A stretch of 64,000 nt of DNA, from assembly GCA_963701775.1 (NCBI GenBank), contig CAVPBH010000011.1:94367-158366 (forward strand), in the 5' to 3' direction. A program made the translations under genes and the position numbers. The stretch is from an uncultured Chloroflexia bacterium (GTDB taxonomy: Bacteria > Chloroflexota > Anaerolineae > JAAYZQ01). Positions 32,389 through 40,074 of the stretch are shown here, piece after piece. The notes under the pieces were generated by a model. The model was not told where the DNA came from and ran no database searches. It saw only the letters and a list, made by a program, of their open reading frames with translations. Every line of letters begins with the position of its first letter. Positions within the stretch are counted from its first letter, which is position 1.

Positions 32389-32417
32389 TTGTGGCAAGGG
32401 CGGGCTTGCTGCATAAT
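32389..32417 (+). promoter_or_regulatory. Promoter TTGTGG-17-CATAAT
   Basis: Read directly, 33 nt upstream of ATG 32450. Confidence 0.5.
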
Positions 32418-32449
32418 GGGGCCACAATCCATATTTCAAGGGGGAAAGA

Positions 32450-33979
32450 ATGGCTGAACAGGTAAGTCGTCGTACGTTTCTGAAGGGGCTGGCTGCCACA
32501 GCCGCGCTGACGGCCGCCGCCGGCACGCTCAGCAGCTGCGGGAGCACAGGCACGTCGAATGTGCCGAAGAAGTGGGACCGGGAGACGGATGTGGTGATCG
32601 TCGGGTATGGTGGCGCCGGCGCGGCGGCCGCCATCGCCGCCCGCGAAGCGGGGGCCGAGGTGATCGTGCTGGAGAAGCGCGAAGTGCCGGGTGGATCGAC
32701 CGCCATCTGCGGCGGGATCATCTATGCCGCCAACACGTCGCCCCAGAAGGCCGCCGGGATTGCAGACTCGGCGGACAAGATGTACCAGCACTGGCTCAAT
32801 GCCGGCAAAGGGTTCAACAACCCGGAGCTGGTGCGGATCGCGGCCGATGCGTCGGCGGCGAACGTCGAGCAGCTCATCAAGCTCGGTGGGACGTTTGGGG
32901 AGCCCACGGTGACGGGAGCCGAGGTGAACGTCGGCAGCGAGCCGATCGCGCGCGCACACACGATCAGCTACGGTGAGCTGAGCGGCGGGTCGGCGCTGTT
33001 CGGCGTCCTGTCGGGCGGGGCAAAGGCAGCCGGCGCCGAGATCCTGATGGAGACGCCCGCCAAGCAGTTGGTCGTCGACAACGGCGTCGTGGTCGGGGTC
33101 AAGGCCGAGAGCGAAGGCGAGGATTTGTTCATCAAGGCGCGCAAGGCCGTCATCCTCGCGAGCGGCGGCTTTACCCGCAACCAGGAGATGCAGGCCGCGT
33201 TTACCCGCGACGGCTACTACAGCCAGCCGCTGGGCACGCCCGGGCTGGACGGCGACGGCCACAAGATGGCCTTTGCCCTCGGCGCGGACGTCGCAAACAT
33301 CTCCGAAGTGCTGGGCATCCCGGGCCTGACGCTGCCGGGCGCTGTGTCGGCCACGTACGCCTTCTGGACCTTTGTCCCGACGGTTGCGGCCCTGCTGATC
33401 AACCTGAATGGGCAGCGGTTCTGCGACGAGTTCTCCTTCTACGACTGGAAGAACACCGCGCTCCTCGCGCAGCCGGAGCACCGTGGCTTCTCGGTATTTG
33501 ACGACGCCACGCGGCAGGCAGCGCCGGGCATGATCGTTCTCGGCTTCAGCGAGGACCTGGCGGCCGAAGTTTCAGCAGGCACGGTGCTCAAGGCGGACAC
33601 GCTGGCCGGGCTGGCGGAGAAGATGGGCGTTCCAGCGGCAGCGTTCGAAGCGACGGTTGCCAAGTGGAACGAAGACGTTGCAGCGGGCACAGACACTCTG
33701 TTCGGCCGCACTGGCGGCCTTGGCCCCGTGGCGACCGGCCCCTTCTACGCCTTTGCCACCTACCCCACGTCGTTCGACAACTCGGGCGGGCTCAAGATCA
33801 ATGCCAAGGCCCAAGTCGTGGACGTGTGGGGCAACGCGATCTCGCGGCTGTACGCGGCGGGCCAGGTATCGGGCGGCCTGATCGGCGAGCACTACTCAGG
33901 CAGCGGATCGGCCATCAACTGCCTCATGACCTTCGGGCGGATCGCCGGCCAGAGCGCGGCGGCAGAAGAGTCGCTGTAG
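32450..33979 (+). CDS. Tat-exported FAD-binding oxidoreductase lipoprotein (fumarate-reductase/flavocytochrome-c flavoprotein family)
   Basis: Twin-arginine signal with lipobox MAEQVSRRTFLKGLAATAALTAAAGTLSSCG. Dinucleotide fold DVVIVGYGGAGAAAAIAAREAGAEVIVLEK. Intact 509-aa ORF. Confidence 0.8.
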   Translation: MAEQVSRRTFLKGLAATAALTAAAGTLSSCGSTGTSNVPKKWDRETDVVIVGYGGAGAAAAIAAREAGAEVIVLEKREVPGGSTAICGGIIYAANTSPQKAAGIADSADKMYQHWLNAGKGFNNPELVRIAADASAANVEQLIKLGGTFGEPTVTGAEVNVGSEPIARAHTISYGELSGGSALFGVLSGGAKAAGAEILMETPAKQLVVDNGVVVGVKAESEGEDLFIKARKAVILASGGFTRNQEMQAAFTRDGYYSQPLGTPGLDGDGHKMAFALGADVANISEVLGIPGLTLPGAVSATYAFWTFVPTVAALLINLNGQRFCDEFSFYDWKNTALLAQPEHRGFSVFDDATRQAAPGMIVLGFSEDLAAEVSAGTVLKADTLAGLAEKMGVPAAAFEATVAKWNEDVAAGTDTLFGRTGGLGPVATGPFYAFATYPTSFDNSGGLKINAKAQVVDVWGNAISRLYAAGQVSGGLIGEHYSGSGSAINCLMTFGRIAGQSAAAEESL

Positions 33980-34004
33980 AAGTGTTCCCTTGGGGAAAGC
34001 AACG

Positions 34005-34538
34005 ATGAAACGCCTGAAGAAGATGCGGCCGGTGACGATCGCGATCGTCGCGGTTGCTGTTGTGCTCGTGATCGGCGGGGCGGCAGCCGGGATGCTGGTC
34101 TACCACGAGCAGCCGCAGTTCTGTGCGGACCTGTGCCACATCATGCAGCCGTACGAGGATGACTGGGCCTCGTCCGAGTACGAGGCACACCTGCACGCCG
34201 TCAAGGACGTCGAATGCCTGGATTGCCACGAGACGAAGGTCGGCGAGCAGATCGAAGAGCTAACCAAGTTCGTGACGAAGGACTACGAGACGCCGCTGCG
34301 CGAGCGCAAGATCAAGCAGGAGGCGTGCCTCTCGTGCAAGGAGCATGACTCTTATCCGGAGCTGGCCGAGACGACGAAGGACTGGAAGCGCAACGTGCAC
34401 GCCTCGCACTGGGGCGACATGGAATGCTACCTGTGCCACAAGCAGCACCGGGCGAATGTCCTGTACTGCACCAAGTGCCACACCGACCTGACCCTGCCCG
34501 AGGGGTGGGAGAAGAACACCGAGATCGCCGGGGACTAG
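34005..34538 (+). CDS. Membrane-anchored multihaem cytochrome c (NapC/NirT/CymA-like size)
   Basis: N-terminal TM VTIAIVAVAVVLVIGGAAAGMLV. Haem motifs CLDCH, CYLCH and CTKCH, plus the atypical CADLCH (CX3CH) and CLSCKEH. ATG 34005 is preferred over TTG 33990. Confidence 0.75.
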   Translation: MKRLKKMRPVTIAIVAVAVVLVIGGAAAGMLVYHEQPQFCADLCHIMQPYEDDWASSEYEAHLHAVKDVECLDCHETKVGEQIEELTKFVTKDYETPLRERKIKQEACLSCKEHDSYPELAETTKDWKRNVHASHWGDMECYLCHKQHRANVLYCTKCHTDLTLPEGWEKNTEIAGD

Positions 34539-34562
34539 GCGCGGCTACCCCAACGTCCTACC

Positions 34563-34595
34563 AGACCTGACAGGTCTTCGCGGCCTGTCAGGTCT
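34563..34595. terminator. AGACC-type hairpin (12-bp stem) between convergent genes, followed by CTTATTT
   Basis: agacctgacagg-tcttcgcgg-cctgtcaggtct, between the stops at 34538 (+) and 34602 (-). Confidence 0.6.
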
Positions 34596-34601
34596 CTTAT
34601 T

Positions 34602-35231
34602 TCACAGCAGATGTCGCTGGCGGGCGACCATGACCGCCTCCAGGCGGCCGCGCACGCCGAGCTTGGAGAGGATGACCTTGACGTGGCCCTTGGTCGTGTT
34701 TTCGCTGATGAAGAGCTTGCCGGCGATCTCGCGATTGGTGAGGCCCAGCGCCATCAGGCGGAGGACATCCATCTCGCGCGTGCTCAACAGCTCCGCAGCC
34801 GACCCGCCCTGGACGACCAGGTCGGCCAGGAGATCGGCGGCCAATGGATCGAGAGCGGTGTGTCCCCTGGACACGATGACAATCTGGTCGCGCAGGGCCA
34901 GATTCTCGGCATCCTTGAGCAGGTAGCCGCGCGCGCCAGCGCGCAGGCAGGCTGCCACCAGGTCACGATCGGCGTACGCACTCAGGATGAGCACGGCCGT
35001 CTGGGGACTGGCGTCGCGGATCATCCGGCAGAGATCGGCGCCCCCCACATCAGGAAGCTGCAAGTCCAGAAGGACAACGTCGGGCTGCACGGCCTTGATC
35101 TGCTCCAGCGCCGTGACGCCGTTGCCGGCCTCGGCCACCACCTGAAAGCGGGGATCGGGCTCCAGGATCGAGCGCAGGCCCTGGCGCACGATGGCATGGT
35201 CGTCCACCAACATGACGCGGATGGGGTTCAC
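34602..35231 (-). CDS. NarL/LuxR-family response regulator
   Basis: Receiver domain (RVMLVDDH..VVLLDLQLPD). LuxR HTH (LSTREMDVLRLMALGLTNREIAGKLFISENTTKGHVKVILSKLGV). GTG start follows AGGAG. Confidence 0.9.
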   Translation of the reverse strand: MNPIRVMLVDDHAIVRQGLRSILEPDPRFQVVAEAGNGVTALEQIKAVQPDVVLLDLQLPDVGGADLCRMIRDASPQTAVLILSAYADRDLVAACLRAGARGYLLKDAENLALRDQIVIVSRGHTALDPLAADLLADLVVQGGSAAELLSTREMDVLRLMALGLTNREIAGKLFISENTTKGHVKVILSKLGVRGRLEAVMVARQRHLL

Positions 35232-35237
35232 TGTGGG

Positions 35238-36902
35238 TTAGCTCCTGTCGGGCTCAGGCGCCCGGTCAGGCACACCTTGCCCGCTGCCGGGAAGGTGCAC
35301 CTGTACAATCGTGCCGTGCTCGTCGTTGTTGCCGATGGAAAAGCGGCCGCCCAACTGCATGGCGAGTTGCCGCATGGTGCTGATGCCAAAGTGCAGGCCG
35401 CCGGCGGCGGGATCGACGGCGCCGGCATCGTCGAGCCCGATGCCGTCGTCCTGGATGGTCAGCGCGAGAGCGTCGTCATCGCGGCGCAGGCTGACTATGA
35501 CCGTGCCGGCTTTCGAGTGCTTGCGGGCGTTGTTGAGCGCTTCGCGGGCAATGCGAAAGAGAAGCTCGGACGCGGTGGGAGGCAGAGGCGCCAGGTCGGG
35601 CGAGGCGATCAGCATGGCACGGATGCCGCTCTCCGCCTGGAACTCAGCCATGTGGGCGCGCAGGAGGGCGACCAGGCTGCCTTCGCCGGCCTGCGCGCTG
35701 CCGCGCAGGGCGAAGATGGCGCTGCGCAGCTCGTAGCCGGCGCGTGCCACCAGCCGGCGCACCGTCTCGATGCGCTGCGCGACCTCCTCACCGGCGGGCG
35801 CGTGCTGCTGGCACCACTCTGCTTCGATGCCGATGCGGAAGAGCTTTTGTGCCACGGTGTCGTGTAGGGACTCGGCGATGCGCTGGCGCTCCTGGAGGCG
35901 GACCAGCTCGGCGGCCTGTTTCACCAGGCGGCTGCGCTCCACCGCGATGGCCGCAGCCCCGGCCAACTGGCTGAGCACTCGCTCGTCTCGCGGCCCAAAG
36001 GCACCGTAGACCTTGTTGGCCGCCACGAGCGCGCCGGCCGGGTCCGAGGGCGGGCCGAGGGGCACCACGAGCAGTGAGCGCGCGCCCAGAAGGCGGCACA
36101 CCTCGCCGTCGCCGGTCGAGTCGCCTTGGACGTCGAAGGTGCGCCACACTTGGCCCGATTGGAGCGCCCGGCCGATCATCGAGTCCTGCACGGGCAGCCG
36201 AAACCCCGGCGGCAGCCCTGACAGCGCCATGCCGGAGCGACAGGCCAACAGCAGATCGTCATCCTGCACCAGGAAGACGAGCGCCTGCCCGGCAGAGGTC
36301 AGATGGAGCGCCTGGTCGGCAACGAGCTGGAGGATGAGCGAAAGCTCCAATTGGCGGTTGATCGCCTGCTGGACTTGATACAGGGTCTGGAGCTCCTGGG
36401 ATCGCTGGCTGAGATCACCAAAGTGCACGGCGTTCTCGATCTGGGCCGCTACCTGCCGGACAAAAGCGAAGACGCGCGACAGGTCGTCCTCGGTGTAGCG
36501 ATTGCGCTCGGCATGCGCAAGGTCGAGCATCCCGGCGACGCTGCCGCCGATCGTGAGCGGCAGCCCGATCCAGGAGCCGATGTAGTCAAAGGTCTGCTCG
36601 GGCACATCCCGGGTCGCTTCCAGGAACGAGCGGGCGACGTCCGAGCCGCCCCTGGCATCCGCGATGAGAAGCGGCGCGCGGGTCGTGATCACGCGGCGGG
36701 CGCCGCCGGCGCGGGCCAGCGGGAAGCTGAAGTGGCTGGCTTCGCCAATCGGAACCGGCCCACGATAGGCCAGTAGAGTGATATCGTCACCGTCCCGGAC
36801 GTAGATCGAGACGTGGGTCCAATCGACGAGGGTACCGATCTGGTCCAGGATGGGCGTAAGGAGCGGGTTCTCGGAGCGGGTGGGCGGCATGGTGGTGCTC
36901 AT
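35238..36902 (-). CDS. GAF-GAF sensor histidine kinase (HisKA_3/NarX-like)
   Basis: H-box ERQRIAESLHDTVAQKLF; N-box REALNNARKHS; G-box QDDGIGLD; two GAF-like N-terminal regions. ATG 36902 (MSTTMPPTRSE) is preferred. Confidence 0.85.
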   Translation of the reverse strand: MSTTMPPTRSENPLLTPILDQIGTLVDWTHVSIYVRDGDDITLLAYRGPVPIGEASHFSFPLARAGGARRVITTRAPLLIADARGGSDVARSFLEATRDVPEQTFDYIGSWIGLPLTIGGSVAGMLDLAHAERNRYTEDDLSRVFAFVRQVAAQIENAVHFGDLSQRSQELQTLYQVQQAINRQLELSLILQLVADQALHLTSAGQALVFLVQDDDLLLACRSGMALSGLPPGFRLPVQDSMIGRALQSGQVWRTFDVQGDSTGDGEVCRLLGARSLLVVPLGPPSDPAGALVAANKVYGAFGPRDERVLSQLAGAAAIAVERSRLVKQAAELVRLQERQRIAESLHDTVAQKLFRIGIEAEWCQQHAPAGEEVAQRIETVRRLVARAGYELRSAIFALRGSAQAGEGSLVALLRAHMAEFQAESGIRAMLIASPDLAPLPPTASELLFRIAREALNNARKHSKAGTVIVSLRRDDDALALTIQDDGIGLDDAGAVDPAAGGLHFGISTMRQLAMQLGGRFSIGNNDEHGTIVQVHLPGSGQGVPDRAPEPDRS

Positions 36903-36936
36903 GGCTGCGGCTGCGGGCGAGAGTTCCCCCACCCCG

Positions 36937-36960
36937 CCTCCCCCGCTGCGGCAGGGGAGG
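36937..36960. repeat. Degenerate GC-rich hairpin (CCTCCCC-N9-10-GGGGAGG) between def and the kinase gene
   Basis: Read directly. Related in style to the 45-bp repeat family but not alignable over its full length. Confidence 0.4.
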
Positions 36961-36968
36961 GGATAGGG

Positions 36969-37505
36969 CTACCCCAGGGCAGCGCCGAGCTCTGCGGCCT
37001 CTTCGTCGCCGGCCTGGACGGGGCGGTAGGTGGCGGGATCGGTGAGGCGGTCGGTGTAGAGGACGCCGTCGAGGTGGTCGATCTCGTGCTGGAAGACACG
37101 GGCCAGGTAGCCCTCGGCCTTGTGGCGTACGGGCTTGCCGGCCTCGTCGAGGCCCTTGACGGTGACCTCGTCGGCGCGGGCGACCTCGCCGACGTAGCCG
37201 GGGATGGAGAGGCAGCCTTCGATGCCGATCTGCTCGCCCGAGGACTTGACCATCTCGGGGTTGAAGACGATGTAGGTCTCGGCCGGGAGGCCCTCTTCTT
37301 CGTCAGCAGGCAGCTCGGCGACGAAAAAGCGCTGGCGGATGCCGACCTGCGGCGCGGCGAGGCCGACGCCGTTGGCCTGGCGCATCGTCTCCAGCATCTC
37401 CAGGGCGAGCGCGAGCAGGCGCGGGGTCACCTTCTGGACCTTGCGTGCCTTGGCGCGGAGCACCTCGCGCTGGGCCGGGTTTTCGATTGTGTAGATCTCG
37501 AGCAC
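36969..37505 (-). CDS. def: Peptide deformylase
   Basis: GVGLAAPQVG, EGCLSIPG and HEIDHLDG motifs. AAGAGGGA then GTG 37505. The ATG at 37547 overlaps the predicted -10 box. Confidence 0.9.
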   Translation of the reverse strand: MLEIYTIENPAQREVLRAKARKVQKVTPRLLALALEMLETMRQANGVGLAAPQVGIRQRFFVAELPADEEEGLPAETYIVFNPEMVKSSGEQIGIEGCLSIPGYVGEVARADEVTVKGLDEAGKPVRHKAEGYLARVFQHEIDHLDGVLYTDRLTDPATYRPVQAGDEEAAELGAALG

Positions 37506-37537
37506 GGCTTGCGTCCCTCTTGGTTGAGCGTCGGGCG

Positions 37538-37566
37538 ATTGTAGCATCGGGGGCAGGGGATGTCAA
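37538..37566 (-). promoter_or_regulatory. sigma-70-type promoter, TTGACA-17-TACAAT, upstream of def
   Basis: The minus strand reads ttgacatcccctgcccccgatgctacaat. Confidence 0.65.
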
Positions 37567-37656
37567 TGTGTTGCGGACGATGGGACGCGGAGGGTCGCGG
37601 GCGGGCGCGCCGCCGCGGAGCGACGGCACGAGGGCCAGCAAGGCAGGGGAAACGTA

Positions 37657-38802
37657 TCAGGCCGGCAGACTCCAGAGGCGGACGGTGGTGTCGCTGCTGC
37701 CGGAGACGACACGGCCGTCGGGCACAAAGGCGACGCAGTTGACGTTGCCTGAGTGTCCCGAGAGGCGGGCCAGCTCCTGCCCGGACGCGACATCCCAGAG
37801 GCGGATGGTGTTGTCGATGCCCCCGAGCTCCTGCCGGAGCCGGTCGTCGTAGTAGTCGGTGCCGCTACAGGAAAGGGCCTGCCGGCCGTCGGGAGAGAAT
37901 GCCACGCCAAAGATGTTGCCGTGGTGCCCGGAGAGGGTGCGGAGCTTGGCTCCGGAGGCGAGGTCCCAGAGCTGGATGCCTTCGGGATCGGTGGAGAGGG
38001 CGAAGAGGCCGTCGCGTGAGAAGGCGACGTCGTACACCAGGTCCTGGTAGGCCGCGTCCAGCCAGGCACGCCGCACTTCGCGGTCGCCTTCGAGGTCCCA
38101 GATGCGCATGGTCATGTCGTTGGCGGCCGACAGGGCACGCCGGCCGTCGGGTCCAAAGCCGACGCTCAGGACGGGCTTGGTGTGGCCCACCAGGCGGACC
38201 AACTCAAAGCCGCACTTGACCTCCCAGAGACGGACGGTGTTGTCCTCGCCACCGGAGAGGACGAGGGAGCCGTCGGGGGAAAAAAGGGCCGAGGTGACGC
38301 CGCCGGTGTGCCCGACCAGCCGGACGATTTCGCGGCCGGCGTCGACATCCCAAATCCGGATCGACGCATCGACAAAGCCGCCGGCGGAGAGGGCAAGCCT
38401 GGCATCGGGGGAAAAAGCGGCGGCCAGGACGGCGTCTTTGTGGCCGGGCAGGCGCGAGCGGAGCTTCCCGGTGAGGAGGTCCCAGAGGTACAGGTTGCCC
38501 TTGTCGTCGCCGGAGAGTGCGTAGCGCCCGTCAGGCGAAGCCGCGATGGAGATGATCTTGCCGGAATGGCCGCGGAAGAGGGCAAGCTGGTTGGGGGGCG
38601 GCGGTGCGGCGGGCAGGTCGGGCTGGACCGGCGCGGGGGTGGGCGCGACTTGGGAGGCGCCGCAGTTTCCACAGAACTTGGTCCCTGGGGTAAGCTGGGC
38701 ACCGCAGCTCACGCACGCCTGGGCCAGGGGCCGGCCGCACTGCGCGCAGAACTTAGCCCCGAGTGGGTTGGCGAATCCACAACTGCTGCAGGTTTGGGTC
38801 AT
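37657..38802 (-). CDS. Double zinc-ribbon plus 7-bladed WD40 repeat protein
   Basis: Intact 381-aa ORF. CSSCGFANPLGAKFCAQCG and CVSCGAQLTPGTKFCGNCG, followed by GH..SPDG..WD repeats. AGGAG precedes ATG 38802. Confidence 0.85.
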   Translation of the reverse strand: MTQTCSSCGFANPLGAKFCAQCGRPLAQACVSCGAQLTPGTKFCGNCGASQVAPTPAPVQPDLPAAPPPPNQLALFRGHSGKIISIAASPDGRYALSGDDKGNLYLWDLLTGKLRSRLPGHKDAVLAAAFSPDARLALSAGGFVDASIRIWDVDAGREIVRLVGHTGGVTSALFSPDGSLVLSGGEDNTVRLWEVKCGFELVRLVGHTKPVLSVGFGPDGRRALSAANDMTMRIWDLEGDREVRRAWLDAAYQDLVYDVAFSRDGLFALSTDPEGIQLWDLASGAKLRTLSGHHGNIFGVAFSPDGRQALSCSGTDYYDDRLRQELGGIDNTIRLWDVASGQELARLSGHSGNVNCVAFVPDGRVVSGSSDTTVRLWSLPA

Positions 38803-38882
38803 CGCAAAGCTCCTATGAACGCACAGAAGGCAGATGATTCACTTCGCGCAGCATAACACGCGTTTGGGGACGCGCCCCGGTC

Positions 38883-39768
38883 CTATTGCTTCACACACCT
38901 CACGATCACGTTGGTGCATGGGTCGCGCTCGGGGTAGTAGCCATCGTTGCAGACCAGGGTGGAGAGGTCGTTCTGGTGCGAGTTCTCCACGGCGTTCTCC
39001 TGCTTGCAGGCGAGCGAGCCCTGGGGCCCGGCGTCGTAGCAGAAGCCGGGCGGGCAGGGCTCCACCGTATAGCCCTCGGGCGACCAGGGGCACTTGCGGC
39101 GCTCCGGCACCTGGGGTGGGCAGGTTGGTGTGACGCCAGGCTGGGGCCGCCCGTGTCTCGGTTGAGCGCGGGGCCGGACTTGCTTGGCGACGTATACCAG
39201 ATGCAAGCAAGGCCCCGATCAGCGCGGCCGCGCCGAGAAGACGCCTCAGGCTCTTGGAGCAGCCTCCGCTCTTCTTGCCGCCCTGGGAGGCGGGTTGGGA
39301 GGAGCGTTGAGTGCTGACCTGCGAGCCACGCTGGGCTTGCTGTCGCTGGAGAGTTTCGCGCTGCGCCTGCTCACGGAGGGTCTGCTGGCGCTGCTGCTCT
39401 GCGCGCTGGGCTTGCTCGCGTTGGGCCTGCTCCTGCTGCTGCCTGGCGCGCTGCTGCTGCTCCTCCCAGGCCTTCCTGGCTTCCTCTTCGAGCTTGTCCT
39501 TGATCTCGTCCTTGACCTTCTTCTTGGCTTCTTCCTCCAGCCGCTTGCGGGCTTCCTCCTCGAGCCGCTTGGCGCCGTCGGAGCGCTCGGCCTGGCGGGA
39601 GAGGGCGTCCTTGGCCTTGCGGGCAAGGTCGTAGTTGGCGCCAGCGCAGGTGGTCTGACGCTCGACCTGGCTGCGAATCTCGTCGGGGGTGGTGCCGTTG
39701 AGGCGTGCGATCTCGTCGACGGCCTCGGGCCTGGCAGCGACTTGCTGGAAGACAGTTGCCCACTTCAT
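38883..39768 (-). CDS. Coiled-coil (E/K/Q/R-rich) single-pass membrane protein with a Cys-rich C-terminal domain; one frameshift near 39190
   Basis: AGGAGG then ATG 39768 (MKWATVFQQV). RLEEEARKRLEEEAKKKVKDEIKDKLEEEARKAWEEQQQRARQQQEQAQREQ. TM LRRLLGAAALIGALLASG. After the shift, ORF 38883..39206 gives CPPQVPERRKCPWSPEGYTVEPCPPGFCYDAGPQGSLACKQ..LVCNDGYYPERDPCTNVIVRCVKQ. Confidence 0.6.
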
Positions 39769-39804
39769 CGTGTTCCTCCTGGTCACGCGTGAAGAAGTGG
39801 GCGC

Positions 39805-39833
39805 AGTATAGCGGAAATCGCGGTGGGCGTCAA
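39805..39833 (-). promoter_or_regulatory. sigma-70-type promoter, TTGACG-17-TATACT, upstream of the coiled-coil gene
   Basis: The minus strand reads ttgacgcccaccgcgatttccgctatact, 37 nt upstream of ATG 39768. Confidence 0.65.
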
Positions 39834-39939
39834 CCGAGCGGGGAGAGTGTTGCAGGGTTCGCGGGTCCTTCCAGCCGCAAGGGAGCGGTGGAGGCCAGGA
39901 CCAGGGCGCCTACTGTGCCAGTGTGCCAGTGTGCACACA

Positions 39940-39984
39940 CATACTACCGTCGAGGGATATTTTTCCGGGAAACAATTATCGCAG
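39940..39984 (-). repeat. 45-nt repeat, copy B (inverted partner of 26635-26679)
   Basis: The reverse complement reads ctgcgataattgtttcccggaaaaatatccctcgacggtagtatg. It is followed on the minus strand by the 10-bp palindrome gtgtgcacac and the tandem repeat cacactgg x2. Confidence 0.8.
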
Positions 39985-40074
39985 ACCTGGCGATGGAATC
40001 ACTGAGGGGATGAGGGAGGAATGAGGACACTGAGGAGAGAGCCGGGATCCGGCGATGGCCGCCGAAAAGCTGCC

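Noticed and set aside
26635-39984. The inverted 45-nt repeats as terminal inverted repeats of a composite transposon or island.
   Set aside because: The interior consists of housekeeping operons (radC, GTPase, cutA, tatA, def, respiratory genes). There is no transposase, integrase or target-site duplication that I could see. Inversion substrate or regulatory motif remain open (see findings).
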